From Mytilus edulis (Eukaryota), in NCBI RefSeq assembly GCF_963676685.1, contig NC_092344.1:74152001-74216000 (forward strand): a DNA stretch of 64,000 bases. The letters run 5' to 3'. A model generated the notes under the pieces. That model worked only from the letters and a program-made list of their open reading frames with translations, made no database searches and was not told the origin of the DNA. A program made the position numbers and the translations under genes. Below, piece by piece: positions 12,801 to 25,615 of the stretch. The first letter of the stretch is position 1. The number at the start of each line of letters is the position of its first letter.

Positions 12801-15501
12801 AAAATTGAAGGTGACCGCCATATTTTTATGTCGTCAGCTAGTTATTATTTTTTCAGTTCAAATGTGTTTTCACTACGCGGATATCTATAAATAGTTTTTC
12901 ATGTACGTGCAATCTGCCGCGGGGAAAAGGAGTTATTCTCTTAAAAGTTTTTTTTTGAATTTTTCATATTTTAATAATATAGATATTGAGAAAGTGTTCA
13001 AAAAATATAATATTGTAGCATATTCCACCATCCCCCATTAAAATGACTGTTAAAGTTCTTAATAATTAAAAATAATTAAATGTTGACTGAACTATACTAA
13101 AAGGTGTTAATGCGAGCATTTAGATGTTGTTGTATGCATATTGTTGATGTATTTATATTTTTAATTTATAGTTACGTAATAGGCTTTCCCATAGGTTTTA
13201 ACATAACTGTTACATGCGAGACATTCAAATTGTTTGTATTAAAGTGGAGCTGTGACGACATGTCGAACAGCAGACCTGATTGATTGGTACTTTTCCAAGG
13301 TAAAATAAGATCTTCAGTATTAACCAACCGTAAATAAAATGCTTTTGATCATGCAAACTGAGACGCTGTCACTTGCAATTTTTTTTTCTAAAATATATTC
13401 ATATGACATCACAATTTTTTAAAAAGGTATTGTGGTATCATTACTTAACAGATTTTAATTAAGTTGGTACCATTAAAATCAGACTTTCTGCATTTTTGTT
13501 TGTCTTTTGGTTAAAGTATTTGTTTTAAAGCATGAACTTTTTCTGATGATTTAAAAACAACTCTTTTGCTTCCCATTCTATATAATAGTTGTCAGTGTGT
13601 TAATGTTTTCAGAACATGAAAAGTTGTATTTTAAAAACAACTGAAGACAAAAGCATAACATAAAAAAAATTGAAACAAACAAACATGCATTTTTCAACAC
13701 ATGGTTTGTGTCTGCTAGATATCTTTATACTTTATACTAATAATCCGACGTGAATTTTAAAAAAAAGTTGCAAAGACATTTTGTAATAAATGAGGGTATA
13801 CTAACCAAATAACCGAGTTTTTGTAATCGGAGATAGTGAAATGGTTATGACACACATTATCATGTTCTCCCGCTCTTCAAAGTTTTCTCGTCTCGTTTGT
13901 TCTCCTTTTTACCACTCACAACTTTAAATTTAGTTCCTGATCACTGGGGAATTTAATACCTCCACTTTCCTTGCAACCGGGCACACAATGAAACAACGGC
14001 ATATGAAATTTTCACGATTAAATTACCTTGCAAAGGACATTTAAAGAAAAAAACTGGTGGGTTTAACCTGGTTTTGTGGCATGCCAAATTCAGTGAGCTG
14101 ACTCTCACCCTTCAGAAGTATTCACGTGGTTTCACTCTGATTGCAAATAATCTACTTGTGTCAGCTGATTTTCTCTTCCCAAATATGTATGCACTAAGTG
14201 TTTAACCAAACCTAAATACATAAAATGTAGTATACATATTTAATTTGTGACATACAGTAAGACCAAGACACAGATTCTTATAAAGCATTAAGGTCTGTAA
14301 CAGGAATTTATATTGTTTTTCCTTTCATATACATAGTAATGACGTTTAACAATTGAAAATATATATATATATAATAAAAAAACAGTCCTATGCTCTTCAC
14401 TAATTTCAGCTATATTTCTTGGTATTTATATGCATTCGATAGTTCTCGAATCTTTTAATGTTTGCCTTTCATATCTTAATGGATCAGAATTATCTATATG
14501 AAAAAATACATTAAAAAAAAACAATATAAAAAAGTTATATTTCTTTCTTTATTAAAGCAGATCAGTCAGTATTTATACAACATAAATGCACCTCCAACAC
14601 CTTTCTGTGAAAAACAGCAGATTCACCAACCTTATATTGGGTGAGTCTTCACTATCTACACTACGGTATAATCAGCTGTCATATTTCTGACTTGGTACAG
14701 GCATGTTTATATGGAGAAAAAGGTTAATTAAACCTGGTTTTATAGCTAGCTAAACCTCTCACATGTATGACAGTATCAAGTTCCATTATATTGACAACGG
14801 TGTGTGCCCAAAACAAACGCTCGTAATAGGTGAAAATGTCTAAAATAGGGTAACAGTAGTTTTACTGAATTAAATTGTGAGTTTTGAGAAGTATGTTATT
14901 ATTTTCAGTTTATATTTTTATATAGGAAGAAAACAATTTTACATTTATACGAACTAATATATCTTAACTTTACTTATTAAGATTATCTTATAGAACTTGC
15001 TTTTTTTTATTACTATTCAGCCTTGCAGTATCAGTACTTTAATGTATAGTTATGAAAAAGTACACTCTTCAATGCAGCTGCACGTTGTAGTACTTTTAAA
15101 AATACTGTACCGATATTTGCACATTTCATTATTAAATTCTACTTTCTTTACAACTACCAGATGAGGTGGATTAGGTATTTATTGCTGTCTTTTTTTTTAA
15201 ATTGTAAATATAACGTTATACGAATGAAATTTCTTAAGCAATGAATAGAAAATTACCGATCTGAATTTTCCTTGGAGGTTATTTTACTTTATTTAGTTCT
15301 AAATACACTTTATCGCTATGTGTCTGTCATTACTGGACATCATCAAGGTTCCCGTTACATTTTGACGACACAAAAGATACATCTGATTGTAGCCTTGGAA
15401 AAAACTAACGTTAGTATTTAGTCCTTAAATAGTAATAAGTGTTTACAATAAATAAATATATTTACCCAATAACTCGTTTAGTTTCTTTTTAGGTTAACTT
15501 A

Positions 15502-15524
15502 GGGGGGGGGGGGGGGGGGGGGGG
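15502..15524 (+). repeat. G23 homopolymer
   Basis: Direct read. Confidence 0.95.
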
Positions 15525-17338
15525 AACTCTTAAAATTACAAGAATTGTTGACAAGTGGAAAGGCTGGTTTTATTAGTAAGTTTCGACTCCAGTAACTTAT
15601 TTTCAGCGAATATGATACAACGTCTTACTAGAGTCTTGTTTGGTGGTGTTAAGCGTTCTACACGAACCTTTACGTTGAAACGGACAATCTTACTTGTGTA
15701 TATAGTGTAGAGTTTTTATTAATACAGAAAATCCAATTTTCAGAGGAATCTAACAAGGGTTTGGTATGTTCAAGTTAAAATTCTTCATTGTAAACTGTCG
15801 GACTCATGTTGACACCTCGACAGACATTTATTAACTATCCTGTTTTCTGGTACTACGTTCCAGGTATTAAACTTTTTTAACTTTAAAAACTGCAAAAAAA
15901 TGATTGAAAACACAAAAACAAGAAAGAATAGTTAACAAACCAATTCATCAAATTTTCTAAAAAAAAATGGAGATAAAAAATTAACACGACTGGGTTTCCT
16001 ATTTGTTATGCTGATGTTATTTTTTTCTGTGCTGATATATTTGCAGTAGCAGTTAGAGCTAAGATTTTTGTGTCTTTTTTCTAGTAAAGTCTTAATCAGA
16101 CCTACTTTTCATATATGCAGGTCTAAATTCCTGCTTTCCCCGTGCCAATACTAACTTAACCTCATCAATTACAACATGAGTAATCTGTAAATGTTTGAAA
16201 TACTGGCAAGTGAAAATCTGAATTAAACAAAGACATTAACTCTCAAATAGACAAGCGTCTGCATCGTTATTAATTATCCAAATAAATCAATTGCAAGTTA
16301 AGAATTTTTTAAACATGTAGTTAGATGTTTAAAAAGAATTGGCTGCAAATTTGACACTTTAGTAAGAAAAACAAAAACAATAACCAGTCTATGAATTATT
16401 TATATATATCAGATTTCAAAAAAGGAATATACATGATTACACCACTCTTCTGTCATCAACAGTTGCTTTACTTTTGGCTGTAAAATGTGTTCAGGATGGA
16501 ACAGAATGAATCTTATCCTAAGATCAGCATTTTTTCAACCTTGAAAAAGTATCCTGAAATAATGAGAAGAAAATGACGTATATTTAAATTATTCACTGAT
16601 TTTGTTTGTAATGGCTGCCCTGATACTTGAGCTTTGTGTATATTACATTTTTCCTTGGTATCTACCCGCTAGAGGGAACATTGAAGAAAACCCACTTTTT
16701 ACGGAAAATACATAAAATTAACTATTTTTTTATAAATCTAAAGTTTTACTTAAATTGATATATCAACTTATATTACATGTACATGTAGCTATAACAATAA
16801 AATACCACCGTTGCAACCAGTGTAACGATTGTTGTCCATCTTTGTTATAATATCTGTAGTCTATAGATGTTCAATAGTTCAAATACCTATGGAAATGTGA
16901 CATACTCGAGGATGCTTAAAATTACTACATATTATTCTACAAGAAAATTAAGAAAGTTTATCAAGGTATGACGGAGTCTGAAGAATCTTGAGGCTGCAAA
17001 ACACAGATGGTAAAGTCATGAGTTGCCCTTATAAGGAGAATTGATCGTTACTATTACATGTCTTTCTAAAATATATCTAAATGGCAGACTAAAACTTTGA
17101 ATATTTCAAAAATGACACCACAATCTAACTGACCACTTAAAAAAATATAATTTCATATGGACAAATTTTTCCTTTCAATACCAAATTCAAATGTCAAATA
17201 ATTATACTTTTAACAAAATAATGTTCATAAGCTTTTGATACTAAACAAGTAAGTTAAATTATTATAAATTGACAATTACTGAAGGTAGGCCAAAATTAAA
17301 AAGTTATATAGAGAATCAGCAAATACAATACAGACTAA

Positions 17339-18121
17339 ATAGTGATAGTTATTAACTTAATTCAGTTTTCTGTATTCTCAGGATCTTTCTTTTCTTCTAC
17401 GGATTTTACTTTCGGTTGGCGTTGTTGTAGTTTAGGTCTGTTTAAATATGGCTTCCTTCGTATATGTTTGAAAGAGCGGTCGGACAGGTTAGACAACTTG
17501 TTGTGGCGACCCTGCACCCTTTCGAATTGTCTAAACTGCCCACGCAGGTAAGCAATATCGGTGGAGAGGGTTTGACTTGCCTTTGTGTTGTGTGTCATTT
17601 CTTTCAGTAACAATTCCTGGGTGGTGGTAAAAGTAGATAGGGCGGTCAAGATCTGCTGGTTCAAATTATGTGTTGGATGTTTGGCCAAAGAAGGTGCAGG
17701 AGTCTGCACTTGTTGCGGTTTTGTAGTAGAGGTTTGAGGTACCTCAGACCCCAAAATCTGTAGTAAGATGTATTCAGCATCTTTATCCTGTATTAAATCC
17801 TGATCAAAGATGTACTGGACGGTAGGTGATATTTCCGGAGAGTAGGGATCTTGATCAGGACTTGACGTACATGTAGTCGACAAAGGTGTTTCTGGTCTCA
17901 CTCACTGAAGATTCTTGATAGGTACTGGCAGTGGCGGTAGGTACAGTGGACATGGTGGAGTATACATATGGGTTGGCAGAAGTTATAGGTGGTACAGATG
18001 ATGATGATGTGGGTGTCTCTAACGGCAAGTAGTGAGAAATGGCTGACGAGATGGTATAAGAATGGTCTGCAACGGAGGTCATCGTCACATCTGGCATGAA
18101 AAAGTCATATAGGTCATCCAT
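17339..18121 (-). pseudogene. orphan S/T/P-rich plus coiled-coil ORF, copy 2 (one frameshift near 17898)
   Basis: ORFs 17855..18121 and 17362..17901 join if a 4-bp duplication (ctca) is removed. Confidence 0.6.
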
Positions 18122-18448
18122 TGGAGTTATTGGATTATCCTTGCGTGTAAGAAGGTAGTTCGCTACCGGTCAAAGTTAAATGTGTTTATTAAAGTTATCG
18201 AGTATGTTAACATTGGATTATATTGAATGAATGGAAAATTTCATCCGACTTGACACCGATTTTGGAATATAATGCAGGTAGAATGCAGTTACTATTGAAA
18301 TGTAGTATTAAAAACAACTGGAAAAAAAAAGGTGTTATTCGAATGCCACATGTTGACGGAATTTCTTAACGCAAAACAGGAATCGTCATATTTTCCGGGA
18401 ACAATGTTTTTAAAAAAACAAATAAAGAATACATCATAACACCAAAAT

Positions 18449-18540
18449 AACTTTTTTGGATTCGAGCGTCACTTTTGTAGACGAAATGCGCGTCTGGCGT
18501 ATATACAAAATTTAGTCCTGGTATCTATGATGATTTTAAT
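18449..18540 (+). mobile_element. retrozyme family A 3' fragment with ribozyme core deleted
   Basis: gagcgtcac[tgatgagtc missing]ttttgtagacgaaatgcgcgtctggcgt, compared with 4684-4729. Confidence 0.75.
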
Positions 18541-19235
18541 TAATTTGCAAAATACGCTCCTTGTTTCTATTTTTTTTGACAATCTTTCAATTTCTGTTAA
18601 CATGGATCCAATTGAATTACATGATTTTAGAGTAAATTTCTGAAGTGATAAACTTTGAGTAAGTTCGTATAATAAACCCAACCCACTACATGTCATGTTT
18701 TATTGGCCTGTCATGCTGTCATAAATACTGTTAATTTCAATCTTCAGTCCGCCTATTATCCTCCTGGTCTGTCAATCGTTTCGTCACTCATTTTCTCCGC
18801 CATGTGTAATGAATTTATAAAATCTTTGTTTAAAAATTCGTTTACGAGGACCATTTTCAAATTAGACTCTCTTTCTCCGGTGTAATTTACAGTTCGATTC
18901 AAAACCATATCCTCTTAATTTTGTGGGTAAAAACATTCACACCTGTAAAAGGAAAGTTTTCATGATTGACCATCTCTTCTAGGATTAAACCACTTCCATT
19001 TTATATAATCCCATGATTATTGCACGTGTTTTCGTAATTTTTTATGAAATGACGGGACGATAAGAAATCTCTTCATTAATTAATCATCACTTTTTTTTAT
19101 ATTATATTTGTACTGTTTAACTCTTTTTTTTTCATAGAAAGCAAAATTCCTGAAAAAAGCCTACCTTCTATGTTATGTAGCATAAAGGTAAAGCATCGAA
19201 GCATGTCAATTATGGACAATGACAGCCAGTGTCTT

Positions 19236-19665
19236 TTTTGTTGTCGGGATGTACAAGTACCCGGCCACGTCCACTTGTATTTTTGTCCATCCGATGAGTT
19301 AGGCCTTTTTCAAATGATTTTTATAGTTCGTTCTTAAGTTGTACTGTTATACCACTGTCCCAGGTTAGGGAGAGGGTTGGGATCCCGCTTACATGTTTAA
19401 CCCCGCCACATTATTTATCTATGTGCCTGTCCCAAGTCAGGAGCCTGTAATTCAGTTGTTCTCGTTTGTTTTTGTGTTACATATTTGTTTCTCGTTTGAA
19501 TTGTTTTACATTGTCAAATCGGGGCCTTTTATAGCTGGCTATGCGGTATGGGCTTTGTTCATTGTTGAAGGCCTTACGGTGACCTATAATGTTAAAGTCT
19601 GTGTCATTTTGGTCTCTTGTGGACAGTTGTCTCATTGGCAATCATACCACATCTTCTTTTTTATA
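19236..19665 (+). repeat. interspersed repeat (gggatcccgc...aaccccgccaca...caagtcaggagcctgtaattcag family)
   Basis: Recognised from memory of mussel repeats; shares the caagtcagga motif with other repeats here; T-rich tail. Confidence 0.55.
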
Positions 19666-19880
19666 TGAATGTCAAACCCAATGTTAAGCAATGGACGCCA
19701 TTGTGTGTTGACAACGTCATTCAGTTAACTGTATTCCTGAGCACCAAAATATTTTATCAGACGCTTGCGGTAGTTCTATCACTAAAGTTATTTCGTTACG
19801 ATTATGCTCGAACTTGGCATTATGGGGGTTAGTTTAGACATATCGCCTATGGATTTGTCAGTTTAAGAGACTGTCAGTTT

Positions 19881-19924
19881 ATGTCACTGAAGAGACATGT
19901 ATTGTCGAAATGCGCATCTGGTGC
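19881..19924 (+). ncRNA. type I hammerhead ribozyme (family B), 5' arm of stem I truncated
   Basis: TCA-CTGAAGA-GACA(TGTAT)TGTC-GAAA-TGCGCA-TC^TGGTGC; ~67 bp insertion ending ttttatt at ~19951. Confidence 0.8.
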
Positions 19925-20956
19925 AAGAAAATTGGTACCGTTAATTTTATTAAAAACAAAGGAAAACTGTAGTAATTAAACACTTTTTTTCTAGGATCGT
20001 TTAGAAAATAATTCTTTAAAGCCATAATTAAATAGATCTTCATTTTTATTTGATTTTTTAGCCCTATATTTTACAGGGTTTAGATGGAGCAGGCAAACAC
20101 ATCGCACACTATTTATAACCTTTGTTGTTTGACTTGTTATTGAACCAGGTTCAAACCACCAAGTCAGGAATATAGAAGTTGTTATCAAATTGTTCGTTTC
20201 TGTTTATGTTAGCTTCTTTTTAACATAACTGATTAACGCCACCGTATCAATTACCATCAATATAATATCCAGATGAATAAAAGAAGACCCGGTTCTTCGT
20301 CTTAGGTTAAAACAACTTATGAGATCAAAAAAATCCTCATCTAAAGTGCTGTGATATAGAGTTCTAGTAAATATATCATATCAAAGTGATTAGTTGATGG
20401 CCTTCGGCTGTTGTCTGCTCTATGGTCGGGTTGTTGTCGCTTTGACACATTCCCCATTTCCTTTCTCAATTTTAGTAATCACAATCTTATTCAGGCAGTA
20501 CATCTTTCTAATTTTGTGCATGACTCTCAGTTATTGCAAACTTGGACAGTAGCTTGTTTATGATCAAAAGTTACTAGACTTAGTATCTAGATTGAAATTT
20601 AAAAGAAAAGAAAAACATTCTAATTTCCGTATATTACTTTTAAATGGACTTAAGTTTTTTTCTTCCACTATGTAGTTCAAGAAATAAAACATTTATTAGA
20701 TTCATAAACTATCAGTGATTTTTACCAAACTTGGACAGACGCTTTTAAGTACAATCAAAATATAGTATATAGAAGAAATATTTTAATAACTGATCGCCAA
20801 TTTTGTTGAGTCTGTGACTTGCAGCAAAAGTATGCGAGAAACCTTACGAGTTTTTAATCTTTCGCTGAAAGAAAATATAAAGACAAACGGACAACTTATC
20901 TCATTGATAATGTTGTCGCTCCTCTGGGGTAAATACTTTTGACTTATTTAGTACTC

Positions 20957-21147
20957 AATAAAGTTGAGAATGGAAATGGGGAATGTGTCAAAGAGACAAC
21001 AACCCAACCATAGAACAGACGACAGCAGAAGGTCACCAACAGGTCTTCAATGCAGCGAGAAATTCCCGCTACCGGAGGCGTCCATCAGCTGGCCCTAAAC
21101 AAATTCATATACTAGTTTAGTGATAATGAACGCCATACTAAACTCCA
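20957..21147 (-). repeat. short interspersed repeat, same family as 5218-5440
   Basis: Direct sequence similarity. Confidence 0.8.
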
Positions 21148-22974
21148 GTACTCAAGTCGTTTTCCAGGGCATCTATCACCTCTGTCCCTGTTGATGAAAC
21201 CAGTGCAGGGAATGAGTATTGGCTGCCTGATATTCGTTGCTTGTTCTGTATTCCATTTCTTAATTTTCTGCAATTTGATCGATGTTAGCAAATGGAACTG
21301 TGAATGTATAAGTACAAAGCCACGTCATGTATATATATTAAAGAAACATAAAAGGGCATATAGACAAAGCACGAAGCAAAAATGAAAGACAAGCATACAA
21401 ACATGTTTTACAAAAGTGCAATAACAATATGTATAGGTACCTCAAGTATCTTCATCATAATTTAAACAAACAAATATTTAACAAAGATGCACAAAAATGG
21501 CATATATCAAATTTAACAACCTCATTCATTACTTTCTTATTTCTGAATTTAATTTGTGTATGTCAAATCCACCATTTAACGATGGAATATTTTTAAGTAC
21601 TGGGACTGAATGGTTAGATTAACATAAACTTTGACGTAGAATCGCGCATATGAAGTCCGAATGTAAACGTCACACAGGTAGAGATGTACATAATTTTGAC
21701 GTTCAAAGTATGTAAAGAATATAGTTTGTTGCTCTGTTAGGTATATCCTCTGCAGCATGTAAATTAGAAGTTTACATTTCCTCCTTGTCGCTCCTCTATA
21801 TGCTCATTGTGTATTTCTTCTTTAAAAAAAGAAAGAGCCACCTCCATATATGTATACAAGAAACACAAAAGGGCATATAAACAAAGCATTAGCAAATATG
21901 AAAGACCAGAATACAAACACAATATAATATAACAATAACACTATAGCGGGATGTTTTTAAGTACAGAGCAACGTCATAAGTATCAAACAAACACAAAAAG
22001 TCACATAATTAAAACAAAAATGAAAGATAATACAATCAACACAATGACGGGATGCATAAGTACAGACCCACGTAATATGGCTATCATCAAAAACAGACCA
22101 AACAGTAAAAGTAATATTGATCAAGACAAATATAAGAGCTCTTAAACACGTTATTAAGATGAGAAACAATTTCAGTACGCAGAATCTATTTCACAATACC
22201 ATCGTGTATTATTTGCAGTTGATACGGAATATTTACCAACAAGGTATATATGATAAAAGATATATGACTTCAATTTATTTTTTTCGTCATGACTTCATTA
22301 CGGTTTTGGCCTATGATATTTTTGCGGACACTAATTTTTTTATTTTAAAGAATCAAGAAATAATAGTATTCTTTCCCCGTCATAGCATTTGTTCTTGAAA
22401 ATGGTATTACAATTTGCAAATTGGCCACACCACAGTTTAATTTGAATTGAGGCGAATTGGATAATGCGACTTGTTCAATTCAAATGTGATTCGATTTAAA
22501 GAAGAGTCTGTAAACCAGATATGCGAATTCAGTTTGAATGAAATATAGTTTTAAAAAATAATTCATATGAAAGTATGAAATAAAAGGTGCAAAACTACAT
22601 AATGTGAGCAAGATTTTTAATTTTGAAGTTTCACAAACTCTGTCTACTGAATGTATACCACACACTTTCGAAAGTGGCGAGATTAGAGAGTCGTAAGAAA
22701 GGTTAGATTAGAAATTCGCAAGAACGGTAATATTGGAGAGTCGTAAGAAAGGTGAAATGAGAGAATTGTAAGAAATAAAGGCAACAGTAGTATGCTGCTA
22801 TTCAAAGTTCATAAATCGTTGGAGAGATAGAAATCCAAGCTACACTTAAAAACCGAGGAAAACACATAAACTATAAGAGGAAATCGACGAAAAGAACAAA
22901 CGCACTGAAGTGCAACAAAAAAAAACCGACAATGCAACAAACACAGACACGAACTCTAAGATAACAACTGAAAC

Positions 22975-23250
22975 GCGAGATTAGAGAGTCCTAAGAAACG
23001 GGAGATGAGAGAGTCGTAAGAAACGTGAGTTGAGAGAGTCGTAAGAACCGTGAGTTAAGAGAGTCCTAAGAAACTTGAGATAAGAGGGTCCTAGAAAACG
23101 TGAGATGAGAGAGTCGTAAGAAAGGTAGGATGAGAGATTCGTAAGAAACATGATATAAGAAAGTCGTAAGAAACGTGAGATGAGAGAGTCGTATGAAACA
23201 TGAGATGAGAGAGTCGTATGAAACGTAAGATGAGATAGTCGTAAAAACGG
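22975..23250 (+). repeat. 25-bp minisatellite (gagatgagagagtcgtaagaaacgt)n
   Basis: About 11 units; shorter arrays at 22675-22772, 25720-25845 and 28690-28790. Confidence 0.9.
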
Positions 23251-23348
23251 TCAGATATATACTGTAAACCAACTTATTTTTCGTGAGTAGAAAATAAACG
23301 CGAAAAAAATCGTCGCGAATATGTAAATCTTGGCGCTTACCTTATTAA

Positions 23349-23693
23349 TTAAAATCAACGGTACTAATTTTGTTGCACCAGATGCGCATTTCGACAAAAC
23401 ATGTCTCTTCAGTGATGCTCGTGGCCAAAATATTTGAAATCCAAAGCTTATATAAAAGATGAAGAGCTATAATCCAAAAGGTCCAAAAAAATATAGTCAA
23501 ATTCGTGAAAGGAATCAGAGCTTTGCATGAGGGAGATACATTCCTTAATTTATAATAATTTCTAATATTTTGTAACAGCAAATTTTAATAACACAAACAA
23601 TCCGTATTTTCATGCCAGTACCGAAGTACTGGCTACTGGGCTGGTGATACCCTCGGGGACTAATAGTCTACCAGCAGAGGCATCGACCCAGTG
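23349..23693 (-). mobile_element. retrozyme-like element family B, near-exact monomer (345 bp) with 7-bp TSD
   Basis: TTATTAA at 23342-23348 and 23694-23700; empty site cttattaaactac in the other two array units (~26603, ~29618). Confidence 0.9.
23375..23418 (-). ncRNA. minimal type I hammerhead ribozyme (family B), intact core
   Basis: Minus strand GCATCA-CTGAAGA-GACA(TGTTT)TGTC-GAAA-TGCGCA-TC^TGGTGC; AUC cleavage triplet. Confidence 0.9.
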
Positions 23694-23985
23694 TTATTAA
23701 ACTACATCCAGACAATTAGTAAATTGCGAATTTAAATAGCGGCTAAGTGAACTAAAAAGAGAAGAATGCAAAATTAAGTATCCGCGAAAATAAGTTGGTT
23801 TTCTGTAGTCATCAGAATGATAAGATTAAATGACAATACATAAGAAATTTGGTAACATGACACGTATAGTTAATAGTATTGAGATTTTAAAGACTTTAGT
23901 GTAAAAGCAAACCAAATACGCCATTATATTACAACTGAGATATATTTTTGTGGATTGATTAATGTTATAGAATCTATGAATCTAC

Positions 23986-24385
23986 CTAAAACTGCTGTTG
24001 AAAGGCGTATATTTCATCTTGAAAACCGTAAATTTTCTCTTTCCCAATCAGCGAAACTACAATTTCTTCAGTAGTTGTCAGCGGTGCAATATTACTCTCC
24101 GCACCTCCACTTAGACTTTTGTCTTTCCTGACCCATGCTGCTCCTTTCTTTGTAGTCTCTTCACATCATCACATTTCTTCCTAACCGCAATTTGGTCTAG
24201 GGACAACCGAAGTTGCGTTGACAGAGGTTTGTACTATGCCATTTTTTCTTTGTATTAGTGACTGCGTCACTAAATTTTTGAAAAAATGAAACATCAGAAT
24301 TCTGATGCACTTTCAAAATGAGGGCATCCACCTCTCTTTCTGTGAATCTAGGCTGTCGCTTCAAATTTCTATCTTTCTTCTCCAA
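23986..24385 (-). pseudogene. Myb/SANT-like (Myb_DNA-bind_5) gene A, copy 1
   Basis: KRQPRFTEREVDALILKV...KFSDAVTNTKKK...VNATS...KKCDDVK...LSGGAES...EEIVVSLIG; frameshifts; GT donor at 23985. Confidence 0.8.
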
Positions 24386-25223
24386 AGTTTTCCCCGTAAT
24401 GAAGACGTCATGTACAGAAACGTTAATATCCGTGTACATGTCTCCTGCGTGAACCATTATTTGTACAAATTCGTTGTATTTGCATTATTTCAGACAAACA
24501 ATGATATATTGAAGGGTGAACACGAATCAACTACTATTATGAGATTTTAGAAAAAGCAGACCAAGAAGAACCAGTTACAAAAACTTATCAAACTCAAAGT
24601 TAAATAAACAGTATCGCATAAACAAATCGAAATCAAACAGTACTTTTGGAACAACATATAAAAAGATTCAATCTTGATAATGCCATACAGGAATATATTG
24701 AAACATTTTTTGATATGGGTGCAACATTTTGTCTCTACATGTTTTAAAGATATTTCGGGTTTTATTTGAAAGGTTTCGACATAATGTTAAGCTTGTTTTT
24801 CATTGCCAATAAGATGGTTTCCAATTGTAAAAACTTATATATATTTTCATTATGTGATGAAAAATGTCTCTAAAAATTGGTGTTCAATTGTAATAAAAAC
24901 AATCACCAGTTACACAAGTCATAGATAGTTATTCATAGTGTTCATCGTTTTTTCTCTTTCAAATAAACCGAACATCAAGTATATTAACTCGCCTGTTGGA
25001 TGTTGGATTACTTTTGTCTTTACTTTATTTTTAACAAGAATGTATGTTATTGATATAAAACCGTATCAATGTCTATCATGTTACATTTTTGTGTATCCTT
25101 TTATCGATAGCAGTATTGCGTCTCCAAATAATAAATTGAGAAGATTTAAGACCTTATAACCATTCGGAGCGCACGCTTTTTACACTAGCCTTTCAGAAGA
25201 AATAAAATTGTAAAGTGAAATAT

Positions 25224-25615
25224 TCAAACTTCGGCTGTCTGTTGCTGGAAACAATCGAGTCCTTCGCTTATACCATATATTTTCTCTTCTCCTATTAGAG
25301 ACACCACAGCTTCTTCAACTGAAGACAGAGGCTCCACACTGCTTTCACCCCCGCCTGTCAGGTTTCTATCCCGTCTTACACTTACTGCCCTCTTTTTTGT
25401 GTTTCTCTTGACGTCGTCCCATTTTTTCTTGATATCGTCCTCATTCCTATACACGATAGATGTGGCATTTACGGAGTTTTGAACCTCAAACCATACCGAT
25501 TTCTTCTTTTTGTTTGTCAAAGTGTCACTAAATTGTGAAAAAGTGTGTCGGATTGAACATCCACTTCCTTTTGTGAAAAACTTGGCTTTCTCTTTCTGTC
25601 ATTTTCGTTTTTCAT
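25224..25615 (-). pseudogene. Myb/SANT-like gene B, copy 1
   Basis: RKRKPSFSQKE...TNKKKKSVWFEVQNSVNATSIVYRNEDDIKKKWDDVKRNTKKR...TGGG; deletion in helix 1. Confidence 0.85.

Larger units (their letters stand above)
23260..23807. mobile_element. TA-flanked MITE (Tc1/mariner-like) hosting the retrozyme insertion
   Basis: TIRs tactgtaaaccaacttatttttcg ... cgcgaaaataagttggttttctgta. Confidence 0.7.

Noticed and set aside
11250-12900. Minus-strand LRR-like scraps (WNNISRLDTN, NFENLSLFYN, NNKITELSGN), possibly a decayed Toll-like receptor
   Set aside because: Too fragmented by stops to support without a translated homology search
18469-18900. Coding-looking minus-strand stretches (also ~7130-7410, 15540-15720, 33060-33720, 37930-38158)
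   Set aside because: No recognisable motif and interrupted by stops; cannot be assigned
22675-23250. Regular short repeats resembling a CRISPR array
   Set aside because: Contiguous 25-bp minisatellite without unique spacers; eukaryotic context and no cas genes
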